From an uncultured delta proteobacterium (GTDB lineage Bacteria > Desulfobacterota > Binatia > UBA9968), in NCBI GenBank assembly GCA_963816145.1, contig CAWFJP010000031.1:32001-96000 (forward strand): 64,000 nucleotides of DNA, written 5' to 3'. Shown in pieces: positions 42,425-51,232 of this stretch (positions are counted from its first letter, which is position 1; the number at the start of each line of letters is the position of its first letter). Position numbers and translations under genes: made by a program. The notes beneath the pieces are model-generated. The model was given only the letters and a program-made list of their open reading frames with translations. It had not been told where the DNA came from and did no database searches.

Positions 42425-43338
42425 GGTTTAACCGATTCCAGCGGCGACGAGGTAACTGCGTAAGTGACGCTTAACTGGCGCACCGTTTCGGGCAGGGTGC
42501 CGCGTAACAAGTAGGTTGTGACAAACTCTTCTTCTTTCCCCGGTTGCAAGCGTACCGGCAAGATGAAACCGCAGTCGACCAGATCGAGATAGTCGCGCAG
42601 CTCTTGCGGTTCGACCAAGTGGCCGATGCGCGTCGATAGGGTTTGTTTGCCGGTGTTTTTGATTTTCATGCCGACGCGAAAGACTTGCCCGGGACGCGAC
42701 GCGACTTGGGCTTGTTCGATCTTGATTTCCACAGGTGATGACGTCGGGATCGCCGGCTGGAAGGTCAACTTGACGCCGGCTGCCCAGTTTAAAAATACTT
42801 TCCAACCGCCGGCTTCTCTGACCAGGTTGAATGTCTCCTCGCCAGCCACCAAGGCGATGGTCTTGTCGCGTCGTTGCCGGTCGATGGAGTTGAGCAGCGT
42901 CTTGCGCTCGGTAGTGGATAGCGATTCCAGTCGTTCGCTGTCCCAATCGAGCATCAATGGGTTCAGTTTCGTCGCATCCGGCACGTTGGCTTTTACTTTC
43001 ACCACGGCGTGCTCCTGATCGATGACCAGTTCCAGAAGGCTAACGCTAACGCTCTGCGCCACGGCTCGCGCCGCTTCGAGGATAAAATCGCGAAACTCGC
43101 CGCGAGCGCGGCTGTAACTATGCACATCCCTTAGACGTTGGTCGGCGCTGGAAATTTGCTCGTAAGCGGTGCGAAAATCGCGGGCGTAAAGCGCCTTCAC
43201 ATATTTACCCAGGGCCGTAGATATTTCTTCGCGGTCATCAGCCCTGGCCGGTTGTGCCAAGAGCGCGACGAGAGCAATAACGGCGGCATATAACGGCAGA
43301 GACAGAGATCGGCGCGCCGAGAGGGGTTGTAATTCCAT
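42421..43338 (-). CDS. Exported two-domain protein, C-terminal CtaG/Cox11-like domain (paralog B)
   Basis: HLVEP...LVDCGFILPVRLQPGKEEEF...LSVTY; shared WAAG linker. Confidence 0.6.
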   Translation of the reverse strand: MELQPLSARRSLSLPLYAAVIALVALLAQPARADDREEISTALGKYVKALYARDFRTAYEQISSADQRLRDVHSYSRARGEFRDFILEAARAVAQSVSVSLLELVIDQEHAVVKVKANVPDATKLNPLMLDWDSERLESLSTTERKTLLNSIDRQRRDKTIALVAGEETFNLVREAGGWKVFLNWAAGVKLTFQPAIPTSSPVEIKIEQAQVASRPGQVFRVGMKIKNTGKQTLSTRIGHLVEPQELRDYLDLVDCGFILPVRLQPGKEEEFVTTYLLRGTLPETVRQLSVTYAVTSSPLESVKP

Positions 43339-43382
43339 CGAACTTCCAGGGGAGCCGCAGTTTAAGCCATCATGCCGGTGTG

Positions 43383-43970
43383 TCAGCGACCCTGAGCCGG
43401 GATCGTCCAGAGATACAGGGTGCGGCCTTCGACGCGCTCGATGCGGTCGGGTTTCCAGTCGCCCATGTCGAAGGCGTGGGAAACCACGCGGGAGCCGGGT
43501 TTGAGCTGACTTAGAATATTCGGTTTTAACTTTAAATTCACATCCGGCAGTAAATACATGGTGACTACCGATGCCGCAGAAAGATCGACCGTGAGAATGT
43601 CTTGCTGGCGAATTTCGGCCTGCTCCTGAACGCCGGCCTTGCGAATGTTGTCGCGCGACTGTTTCACCAGATCGCCGTCGATTTCAAAGCCCACGGCTTT
43701 GGCGCCTTTTTTCGCAGCGGTGATGACGATGCGGCCGTCGCCGGAGCCGAGATCGTAGACGACATCGCCCTTCTTGACGCCGGCGAGTTCGACCATCTTG
43801 TCGACGACCTCCTGTGGCGTCGGTACGAACGGCACGATCTTTTTGTTTTCAAAGATGCTGTCTTGGGCGAACGCAGCGCGGTCGAGCGGGTTAGGTGCAA
43901 TGACGGCAAAAGTCGATAGGACGCTCAATCCTAAGCTAGTAATTACTTTCGCGACAATTCGTTGCTTCAT
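43383..43970 (-). CDS. Class I SAM-dependent methyltransferase with signal peptide
   Basis: VPFVPTP, VYDLGSGDGR and VVTMYLLP; AAGGAGG RBS; N-terminal hydrophobic segment ending AFA-Q. Confidence 0.88.
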   Translation of the reverse strand: MKQRIVAKVITSLGLSVLSTFAVIAPNPLDRAAFAQDSIFENKKIVPFVPTPQEVVDKMVELAGVKKGDVVYDLGSGDGRIVITAAKKGAKAVGFEIDGDLVKQSRDNIRKAGVQEQAEIRQQDILTVDLSAASVVTMYLLPDVNLKLKPNILSQLKPGSRVVSHAFDMGDWKPDRIERVEGRTLYLWTIPAQGR

Positions 43971-44051
43971 GGAATGACCGGCCTCCTTAGGTACTCGTTG
44001 CAAGGCAATTAACCATAAAATTTCTACCGTAGCCAGATGGACCTAATGGGG

Positions 44052-44933
44052 TTATTTGACTTTGAATTCATAGGTTAATTTAATCTCGCGATGGCTTAGG
44101 CCCGCCGCGCTGTTGAGCTGGTAAGCCATGGCAAATTCCTTTTCTTGCTTCGCATCGAGCGTCGTCGGCGTCAGCAAGCCGCACTCGACGAGCTGCAGGT
44201 CCTCGGCTACTTCCGGCGGTTCAAACAAATGGCCGACGGTGAATATCACGGCGTGCGCGCCGGGATTTCTAATCTTAAGATTGACCAGAAACAGCTCATC
44301 GTTTTTGGCTATCACTTCGGTTGTGGTGAAGCGGATATCTAGCTTGTTTCCGTCGGCGAGTTTGCTCTGCAGAAGCACGCGCGTGCCGGCGGCCCAATCG
44401 AGAAAAACCTTCCATGCATCGGCTTCTTTGATGAGCTCGATCGTCTCTTGTCCCTCGATGTTGAGCAGCTTGCCGCTCTGATTGCGGCTGTCGAGTTCGG
44501 CCAAAAGTTCTTTTTGTTTCTCCGTCGGAAGGGCATTCAATCGATCCTCGTCCCAATGTAACAACAAATCATTCAGTTCGGCCGGCGCGGGGACGCGGTA
44601 ACCGACCTTAATAACGAGACTGTCACCGCTTTCTTGCCGGTCGATCAGCCAAACTTTCATGAAGCCGGCGAGTTTTCTCGAAACTTCAAGGGTGAAGCCG
44701 GTGTAAGCGCCCTGGCTATTCACAAAGTTCTGACGCGTTCGCTCCTGCCGGTCGGCAGATGAAAGATGGTCGTACGCCTGAGCGAAGTCGCGTGCGAAAG
44801 TCGCCCGCAGATAGCCGTCTACGGTCGCGAGCGGGCGATTCGATTCGCGACTCCTTGGTGGAATCAGTAGATAAACGCCAAGCGCCGATAAGACCGTCAG
44901 CAAGGCTGCGAGGATAAGTTTGCCACGATACAT
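44052..44933 (-). CDS. Membrane-anchored two-domain protein, C-terminal CtaG/Cox11-like domain (paralog C)
   Basis: HLFEP...LVECGLLTPTTL...IKLTYEF; shared WKVFLDWAAG. Confidence 0.6.
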   Translation of the reverse strand: MYRGKLILAALLTVLSALGVYLLIPPRSRESNRPLATVDGYLRATFARDFAQAYDHLSSADRQERTRQNFVNSQGAYTGFTLEVSRKLAGFMKVWLIDRQESGDSLVIKVGYRVPAPAELNDLLLHWDEDRLNALPTEKQKELLAELDSRNQSGKLLNIEGQETIELIKEADAWKVFLDWAAGTRVLLQSKLADGNKLDIRFTTTEVIAKNDELFLVNLKIRNPGAHAVIFTVGHLFEPPEVAEDLQLVECGLLTPTTLDAKQEKEFAMAYQLNSAAGLSHREIKLTYEFKVK

Positions 44934-44994
44934 AAGATGTTGATCGACGCCGCGAATCGCCAACGGGTGCGCCGCATTGTTGATCAAACCGCAT

Positions 44995-45564
44995 TCAACG
45001 CTGAATGCCAACCTTCTTGATCGCTTCTTTGACGCGTTCCGGCGAAATCGGTCCTAGGACGACGTCCCGGATAATGCCTTGTCCATCGACGAAAAAAGTC
45101 GCCGGTGGACCGAAGATGCGGTAAGACCGCTTCACGGTGCTGTTCAGATCGAGCGCGATCGGGAACACCAGCTTGGCCTCCTTCGCGTATTCAATGACTG
45201 CGGCGCGGGTGTCCTCGACGGCGATGCCAAGCACCTGATAACTGCCGCCGGCCTTTGCCGCGAAATCGTTGATCAGCGGCATCTCTTCGCGGCAGGGATC
45301 GCACCAGCTGGCGAAGAAATTAATTAACAGCGGCTTGCCGCGAAATGTCTCGAGTCCGACAGATTTGCCTTCCAAGGTTTTCAAGTCGAAGGGAATGGCA
45401 TTGCCGCCGATGGCGGGCGCCGTGTTTTGCGGTGCCGGGTGCACATGTTGCGCCCAGGTAGGATTGGCCATCAAAGCCATGCCGATTGCGCAGCTGGCAA
45501 AAAGCCGTGCCGGCCCGGTCCACCGCGGGTTCCTTGAGGTACTTTTTTGCGTGGGCATAATCAT
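44995..45564 (-). CDS. TlpA/ResA-type thiol-disulfide oxidoreductase
   Basis: NFFASWCDPCREEMP; signal peptide followed by QHVH. Confidence 0.9.
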   Translation of the reverse strand: MIMPTQKSTSRNPRWTGPARLFASCAIGMALMANPTWAQHVHPAPQNTAPAIGGNAIPFDLKTLEGKSVGLETFRGKPLLINFFASWCDPCREEMPLINDFAAKAGGSYQVLGIAVEDTRAAVIEYAKEAKLVFPIALDLNSTVKRSYRIFGPPATFFVDGQGIIRDVVLGPISPERVKEAIKKVGIQR

Positions 45565-46886
45565 TGTCGCACCGCCGCGCTTCTGAGCACGACACGCGAG
45601 TCTTCATCGTCGGTTTCAGTCCAGGCGACATGAATTAGATTTTTCTTGAGCGCCAACACGGGTCGGCTGGCGTTCCCTTTGGCACTGCTGAGCTGTTGAA
45701 TCGGACTCCAGGTTCGGCCATCGGCGGCGAGAACCCTCAGGTAGATTTGGGCTCGATTGTTGGCGTCGAGGTTGCTCCAGGCGAAGTAGACCTGATCGTC
45801 GTCGCCGACGATCAGGTTATTATAGAGTGTTTCCGGCGCCGTGTTGGCGTGGATCATTGTCCTCGGCGCGAATGTCTTGCCGCCGTCCTTCGAAACGCTG
45901 TAGTAAATCCCCGCCTCTTGTTCCCTCCGGCCTTGGGTGAACCAGCTGACGTGCAGTTGGCCGCGACTGTCGCGGCCAATGCTTGGGCCGGAGTGGGGAC
46001 AGGAGGGGACTTGCCAGCCGTCGTTGCTGATTTCTATCGGGGCGCCGAAGCTGGCGCCGCCGTCGGTCGATTTGCGCAACACATGGTTGCGAATTTTGTT
46101 AGCATCGACTTCGCGGTCGACCATATAAACGGTTTTGCCGCCATCGGCGAAGTCGATGCCCAGCTTGCAACATTCGCACAGACCGTCGCCGACTTGATAA
46201 TTCTTTGTCAGTGCCTGACCGCGAGAATCGATCTTCATCAAATACAACTGGCGTGGCTTGGGATTATCGATCCGGCGGTCGATCCAGGCGACAAGCAAGT
46301 TGCCATCTGGCATGGTTTCAATGATCGGAAAACGGCCGGCGTCTTGAACTTCGTTCAACGTGCGTGGCGGCGTGAAGCCGCCGTTGCCGTCTTCAATTGC
46401 AAAGCGAATATTGGCTCGGGTCTTGTCGCCTTTCGCACCGGGGATGGACCAGACGGCAAAGATTCTTCCACTGCGGTCGAAGGCTAGTTTCGGCCCATTT
46501 TCTTCGCCTTGGACGGCTTCGACGCTACCGTTGACCCTTATCGCCGCGGTCCAAGTCTTCCCGCCGTCGCTGGATGACGCGATTAATGCATTGCGCATCG
46601 GCGATGGTGCGCGATCGCCGCCCATCGCTCCGTGGCCAGAGTGTGGTTTTCCGCCTGGCCAAGGCGTGTCGTGGTCTTCGGTCCAGACGGCAAACAATCT
46701 CCCGTCGAGGCTATAGCGCAAAAATGGCGTCGAAGGATTTGCTTCAGACCTGCCAATCGCGACCTCAGGCCCAAACCTGAGCTGCACCGATTGTGTTGTC
46801 ACCGGCGGTTGTGCGGGTTGAGCGCCGCAACCAATACAGACGATGAGAAAACTGAACAATGACCATCTACCGACAGCCCTTTTCAT
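45561..46886 (-). CDS. BNR/Asp-box beta-propeller lipoprotein
   Basis: Lipobox IGC; Asp-boxes SSDGGKTW, STDGGASF and SKDGGKTF; CECC and CPHSGP motifs. Confidence 0.85.
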   Translation of the reverse strand: MKRAVGRWSLFSFLIVCIGCGAQPAQPPVTTQSVQLRFGPEVAIGRSEANPSTPFLRYSLDGRLFAVWTEDHDTPWPGGKPHSGHGAMGGDRAPSPMRNALIASSSDGGKTWTAAIRVNGSVEAVQGEENGPKLAFDRSGRIFAVWSIPGAKGDKTRANIRFAIEDGNGGFTPPRTLNEVQDAGRFPIIETMPDGNLLVAWIDRRIDNPKPRQLYLMKIDSRGQALTKNYQVGDGLCECCKLGIDFADGGKTVYMVDREVDANKIRNHVLRKSTDGGASFGAPIEISNDGWQVPSCPHSGPSIGRDSRGQLHVSWFTQGRREQEAGIYYSVSKDGGKTFAPRTMIHANTAPETLYNNLIVGDDDQVYFAWSNLDANNRAQIYLRVLAADGRTWSPIQQLSSAKGNASRPVLALKKNLIHVAWTETDDEDSRVVLRSAAVRQ

Positions 46887-46925
46887 GCGGGACTCCTGCC
46901 CAATTTAATGAATGAGTACAATAAT

Positions 46926-46968
46926 TCAGGGCGTTTACCACAAATGCATTTGTCGTAAACGAGCCTGA
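46926..46968 (-). promoter_or_regulatory. Long imperfect stem-loop between the RAPP leader gene and the BNR operon
   Basis: Minus strand TCAGG-CT-CGTTTAC-G-ACAAA-TGCA-TTTGT-G-GTAAACG-C-CCTGA. Confidence 0.65.
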
Positions 46969-47003
46969 CGAGTTGGCGAAAATAATTCGGAGTGACGAGA
47001 ACT

Positions 47004-47399
47004 TTAAATTAGTGGTGGTGCGCGTTGAGAAAAAGGCGAGGGGTTGAACGACGAGGCTTCGGTTATTGCTTGGTCAACTTGGTGTGTGACAGCATGTTCG
47101 ACGGCGACGAAGGCAAATGTCTGCACGAGTGAGGCGTGGGCATTTTGCGCAACCGAAAGGACAAAGCAATCGGCCGGCTTTGATGTTGGGCGCTTGTGAT
47201 GGTCGCTGTGACTGTGCTCGGTAGTATCGGTATGATCATGAGTTTGTTCGGCAGCGACAGACTGCTCAGCTGCGGGAAATTGCTCGAAAAAGTGGTGCAC
47301 CCGATGCGGTGCCGACGCCGCCAGAAAAAATCCGAAAGCGGCGACTATGCTCAAATACAAGCCGCGTACGCTTGCGGAAACTGGTTTTGGGGCGTTCAT
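47004..47399 (-). CDS. His-rich DUF2946/CruR-like leader protein with C-terminal RAPP arrest motif
   Basis: N-terminal TM, 12 His, one Cys, ends PSPFSQRAPPLI*. Confidence 0.75.
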   Translation of the reverse strand: MNAPKPVSASVRGLYLSIVAAFGFFLAASAPHRVHHFFEQFPAAEQSVAAEQTHDHTDTTEHSHSDHHKRPTSKPADCFVLSVAQNAHASLVQTFAFVAVEHAVTHQVDQAITEASSFNPSPFSQRAPPLI

Positions 47400-47459
47400 G
47401 GTCTGTGTGACTAATAGTAATCCGACCGCGGTGGCAACTCAAGCCATTCTTGGGTCCGA

Positions 47460-47870
47460 TTATTTGACTGTGAACTCCACCGTGTCGCGGGCAGCCAATT
47501 CGGTTTGGTGATCGCTGGCGACCACCCGCAGTTCCAAAATGTGTTTTCCTGGTTTGATGCCGTTCAGTGTGCCTTTGGCGCTTTCGAACATGCCCATCAA
47601 CTCGCCATCAACGTAGGCGTGGGCGTGATGGCCGCGTTTGCCTTTGGTGAGCTTGAACTCGACCGGGACTTTGTCGCCCTTGACGACCTCGCCTTTGGTG
47701 GGTGCGAGGATCTTGATGCTCGCGCCCTCGGCGGGCTGAAGCGGTGCGGCGGATGATTTCACCGGCGCGCTTTTGACTGCCGGTTGCTCTTGGCCATGTT
47801 GATGCTGGGCCTGGGCCATGACCGGTAAGGGGGTCAAAAATAGAATCAATATACCGTTCCGTATCACCAT
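47460..47870 (-). CDS. Small exported His-rich putative metal-binding protein
   Basis: Signal peptide, QHQHG, GHHAHAYVDG, PGKHILEL and SDH. Confidence 0.7.
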   Translation of the reverse strand: MVIRNGILILFLTPLPVMAQAQHQHGQEQPAVKSAPVKSSAAPLQPAEGASIKILAPTKGEVVKGDKVPVEFKLTKGKRGHHAHAYVDGELMGMFESAKGTLNGIKPGKHILELRVVASDHQTELAARDTVEFTVK

Positions 47871-48001
47871 TCGATTATTCTCCCTTGATGCAATTTCACC
47901 ATATTGGGCCCATTGACGAAAGCCGCGCGTGTATTTCATTTCTCTTAGACGTGTTAAAGAGCGTAGCGCTTTTGGCTCCCTTCAAGAAATTCTGCCGTTT
48001 G

Positions 48002-48821
48002 TCAGCGCCGTAAGCGGAACCGATAAACGAATGTAAACTCGGCTGGAACATTCTGTCCGTCTGCTTGCGCCGGTTCGAAGCGCGATTGCTTGACCGCTTT
48101 GAGCGCTTCTTCATCAAAACCGCCGCCGCCGCTTTTGACAATTTCCGCCTTGGTCACTTTGCCTTCCGGGTCGACTTCAATTCTCAATGTTACATCGCTT
48201 TCGAGTCCGGCGCGCAGCGCCATCGCCGGATAGGTGGCGCGCACGGTTTGAATCGGCTTGGCTTCGCGGTTGGTTCGCAACACGGTCTGCGCGGGTAACC
48301 CAGGGCGTACCGGAGCCGCGGCCCAAACCCGAAGCCGCCGTGCCGCCGCCACCGCCGGCGGTGCCAGTACCCGGAACAACCCCGACCTCGCCTTTGCCAA
48401 AGAGGTTTCCGGCACCGGCTTCACTGCCGCCGCCTTCGGTTCTTGCTGTGGACGGAGTTGGCGAACTTTCCGTTCGCGCAACCGGGGTCGATTTTGCCTC
48501 AGCAGCTTTCATGCTTTCATCTTTCGGTAAAGCAGCGGGTGCTGGAACCGGCTTTTCAATTTTGACGATTTCGGGTTTGGCGGCAGCTTTGGTTTCTTTG
48601 ATTTTCTCCGGCTTAGCGGGCAGCGGTTTTTTTACTTCGGGGTCCGGCTCGACCTTTTTCACCGACACCGGTGGAGCCGAAGGCGGTAAATCGACCAGTC
48701 CGATGGGCTGAAATTCCTGGCGGCGAAGACCGTTTTGAACTAACGCGGAAGCGAGCGCCAACACCAGCAGGTGAACGACCAGTGACGAGGCAAATGGCAA
48801 CTTGAGCGAATCATCTCTCAT
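48002..48821 (-). pseudogene. tonB: Energy transducer TonB, split by a +1 frameshift near 48303
   Basis: N-terminal TM with SLVVH and Pro/Lys linker in one frame; TonB C-domain (YPAMA...GFDEEALKAVKQSRFEPA) in another; junction ACG CCC TGG GTT. Confidence 0.8.
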
Positions 48822-49231
48822 GGCCGACTGTCTTTGGGTTTGATCGCGATGGCCATCTTGGCGACTCCGGCTTGGCGCGCCGCGTCCATGATCTCGACGA
48901 CGACGCCATGCTCGACTTTTTCATCAGCGTTGATCAGCACCAGCAAGTCCGGATTCTTCGCCAGCCGGGATTTCAAGATTTCGCCAACTTGGGCGCGCGG
49001 CACATCCTGCTTATCGATTGCGATCGTACCGTCTGGCTTGATCGTTACTGCGGCGCTTTCGTTGGGCGTTTGCTGGCCGGTGGCGGCTTTCGGCAGATTT
49101 ACCGGCAGGCCGCCATAGCGGGCCATGGATAACGTCGAGATCATGAAGAAGACCAAGAGAAAAAAGATCGTATCGATCATCGGGATGATCTCGATCCGAG
49201 CTTTTTTGATTTCACGCCGGCGCAAGCGCAT
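48818..49231 (-). CDS. exbD: Biopolymer transport protein ExbD
   Basis: IIPMIDTIFFLLVFFM, VNLPKA and INAD. Confidence 0.92.
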   Translation of the reverse strand: MRLRRREIKKARIEIIPMIDTIFFLLVFFMISTLSMARYGGLPVNLPKAATGQQTPNESAAVTIKPDGTIAIDKQDVPRAQVGEILKSRLAKNPDLLVLINADEKVEHGVVVEIMDAARQAGVAKMAIAIKPKDSRP

Positions 49232-49833
49232 TACTTGTTCTCACTGTCAGCCAGAATCAGTTCCAGGCGCGAAGCATAGTATTCGATCTCTTCCATTTCT
49301 TTCTCGGCGCGGTTGGAAAAATAGTTGTACGGAACCAGCGTGAGAATCGCTATCAGCAAGCCGGTTGCGGTGGCGATCAGCGCTTCGGCAACGCCGCCGG
49401 TGACGGCGTGGGGTTGGCCGATGCCAACCTGAGACATGATGCCGAAAGAACCGATCATGCCAGTGACAGTGCCGAGCAGGCCAAGCAATGGCGCCAGAGT
49501 GATGATCGTGTCCAGTATCGTCAACCGCTGCTTGAGCACCGGCACTTCCTTTTGCGCGGCAACTTCAAGGGCTTTGGTGACGGCATTGCGGTGCATCAAA
49601 CCGGACGCCATCACGCGCACCAATGGCGCATCGGCTTGTCGCGTCGATTCGACGGCTTTGCTCAATTCCCCGCGTTCGACCAACTCGAGCAGGGTTTCTG
49701 CTAACTGCCGGTCGCCGATCCTGCGCCAATAGAGCCAACGTTCGATGACGACGGTCAATGCAATTATGGAGCAGGCGAGCAGCGGCACCATGACAGGCCC
49801 GCCTTTGATGACGATATCGATGAAGTCAAACAT
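49231..49833 (-). CDS. exbB: MotA/TolQ/ExbB proton channel
   Basis: APLLGLLGTVTGMI and GVAEALIATATGL. Confidence 0.92.
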   Translation of the reverse strand: MFDFIDIVIKGGPVMVPLLACSIIALTVVIERWLYWRRIGDRQLAETLLELVERGELSKAVESTRQADAPLVRVMASGLMHRNAVTKALEVAAQKEVPVLKQRLTILDTIITLAPLLGLLGTVTGMIGSFGIMSQVGIGQPHAVTGGVAEALIATATGLLIAILTLVPYNYFSNRAEKEMEEIEYYASRLELILADSENK

Positions 49834-49865
49834 TGAGTGATTGATTCTCCCGTAAAAAATTCAAA

Positions 49866-51134
49866 CTATGAATGCGCCGGTTCCGCTCTCAGCGGCCGAA
49901 GCGTCCTCACCGGTTCGCGGAAGAACAGGAGCAACGTCATGCCAAGAAAATAGGAACAAGAGACTACGCCAAAGGTGGTTTGAAATCCCGAAGTGCTCAT
50001 CAGCCAGCCGGCCAGCAGTGTCCAAAACGGCGACATGATGAAACCGATGCAATAGTACAGACTGAAGGCGGCATCGAGGATTTCTTCATCGGTCACGTCG
50101 GTGAGCAGAGCTTGGGTCAAGGTTTGGCGCGAAGTGACGACCGCACCGTAGAGAATCAGATTGGCGAACAAGCTGATGGACACATGGTCTTGCAGGCTGA
50201 GCCAGACTGTCGATAGCCCCGACAGCAACAGGGACATTTGCAGCGTGCGCGTGCGGTGAAACCGATCGGAAACCCAACCCCATGCCATGGGTCCGAGCAG
50301 GCCGCCGACTTGAATCAGCGTGAACAAGAACGCCGCATAGGCCATATCGACTTTCAGATCATTGACGAAGTGAGGCACGATGTAGGTTTCATTGATTCCC
50401 TGGCCGAGCCCTGCGCCGCCGACCATCAGGACCAGTGAGATCAGCAGAATGTTTTTGTTCTTGAGACAGCGCTTGTAGGCGTCCAGACCGACAGGAGCCA
50501 ATTTCGATTTTTGGATTTGCGCCGGATTCAATCGAATGGTGTCGCGCAAGGCGAGACAGGCGAAGCCCATGAGAACACTGGGAATACCGACGATCCAAAA
50601 AATCGCTCGCCAGCCGATGCGAGCAACCAGCACCGCGGCGAAGATTGGCGCGACCAGGCTACCGAGATTGGCCGCGGTCGAGTGAAACGCCAACGCCCGA
50701 CCGCGCGCTTTGCCAAAATAGGACGCCAAGGCGGTCGAGCCGACCGGATGCTGCGGGCTGGTGCCGATGCCGCCGAGGACGCGGGTCACCATGATATATG
50801 GGTAGCTGTTGGCAAAGCCGGTGGCGACGACGGAAATTCCCAGCAGAATATTACCGACCCCCAAGATGATGCCGCGCCGCACGTATGGGACGATGAATCC
50901 AAAAAAGGCCTGAAGAAAATTACCGACAAAACCGTAGACCGCGGTGATCGCGCCGATGGCGACAAAGCCGATGCCAAGATCGCGCATCATCAGTGGATAA
51001 AGCACGCCGAGCATGGACGACTGGAAATGATTCAAGAAGTGGGCGCCGCAGACAATTGAAAAAATTGCCGTCTTGCCTGACGGATCGGTCGCCGGCATAT
51101 TGCCGGCGGTGTTGTTGATGATTTTAGTTGTCAC
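49866..51134 (-). CDS. MFS transporter
   Basis: ~12 TM; HFLNH, QHP and GWVSDRF MFS motif. Confidence 0.85.
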   Translation of the reverse strand: MTTKIINNTAGNMPATDPSGKTAIFSIVCGAHFLNHFQSSMLGVLYPLMMRDLGIGFVAIGAITAVYGFVGNFLQAFFGFIVPYVRRGIILGVGNILLGISVVATGFANSYPYIMVTRVLGGIGTSPQHPVGSTALASYFGKARGRALAFHSTAANLGSLVAPIFAAVLVARIGWRAIFWIVGIPSVLMGFACLALRDTIRLNPAQIQKSKLAPVGLDAYKRCLKNKNILLISLVLMVGGAGLGQGINETYIVPHFVNDLKVDMAYAAFLFTLIQVGGLLGPMAWGWVSDRFHRTRTLQMSLLLSGLSTVWLSLQDHVSISLFANLILYGAVVTSRQTLTQALLTDVTDEEILDAAFSLYYCIGFIMSPFWTLLAGWLMSTSGFQTTFGVVSCSYFLGMTLLLFFREPVRTLRPLRAEPAHS

Positions 51135-51232
51135 CTCTAATTATCTCCAATAGCAGAATCGCCAAGCGCGCGGATCCAGCACCGCTGACGATAGTTTGCC
51201 GTTAGCTAGACTTCGCTGCATTATTCGATCGC

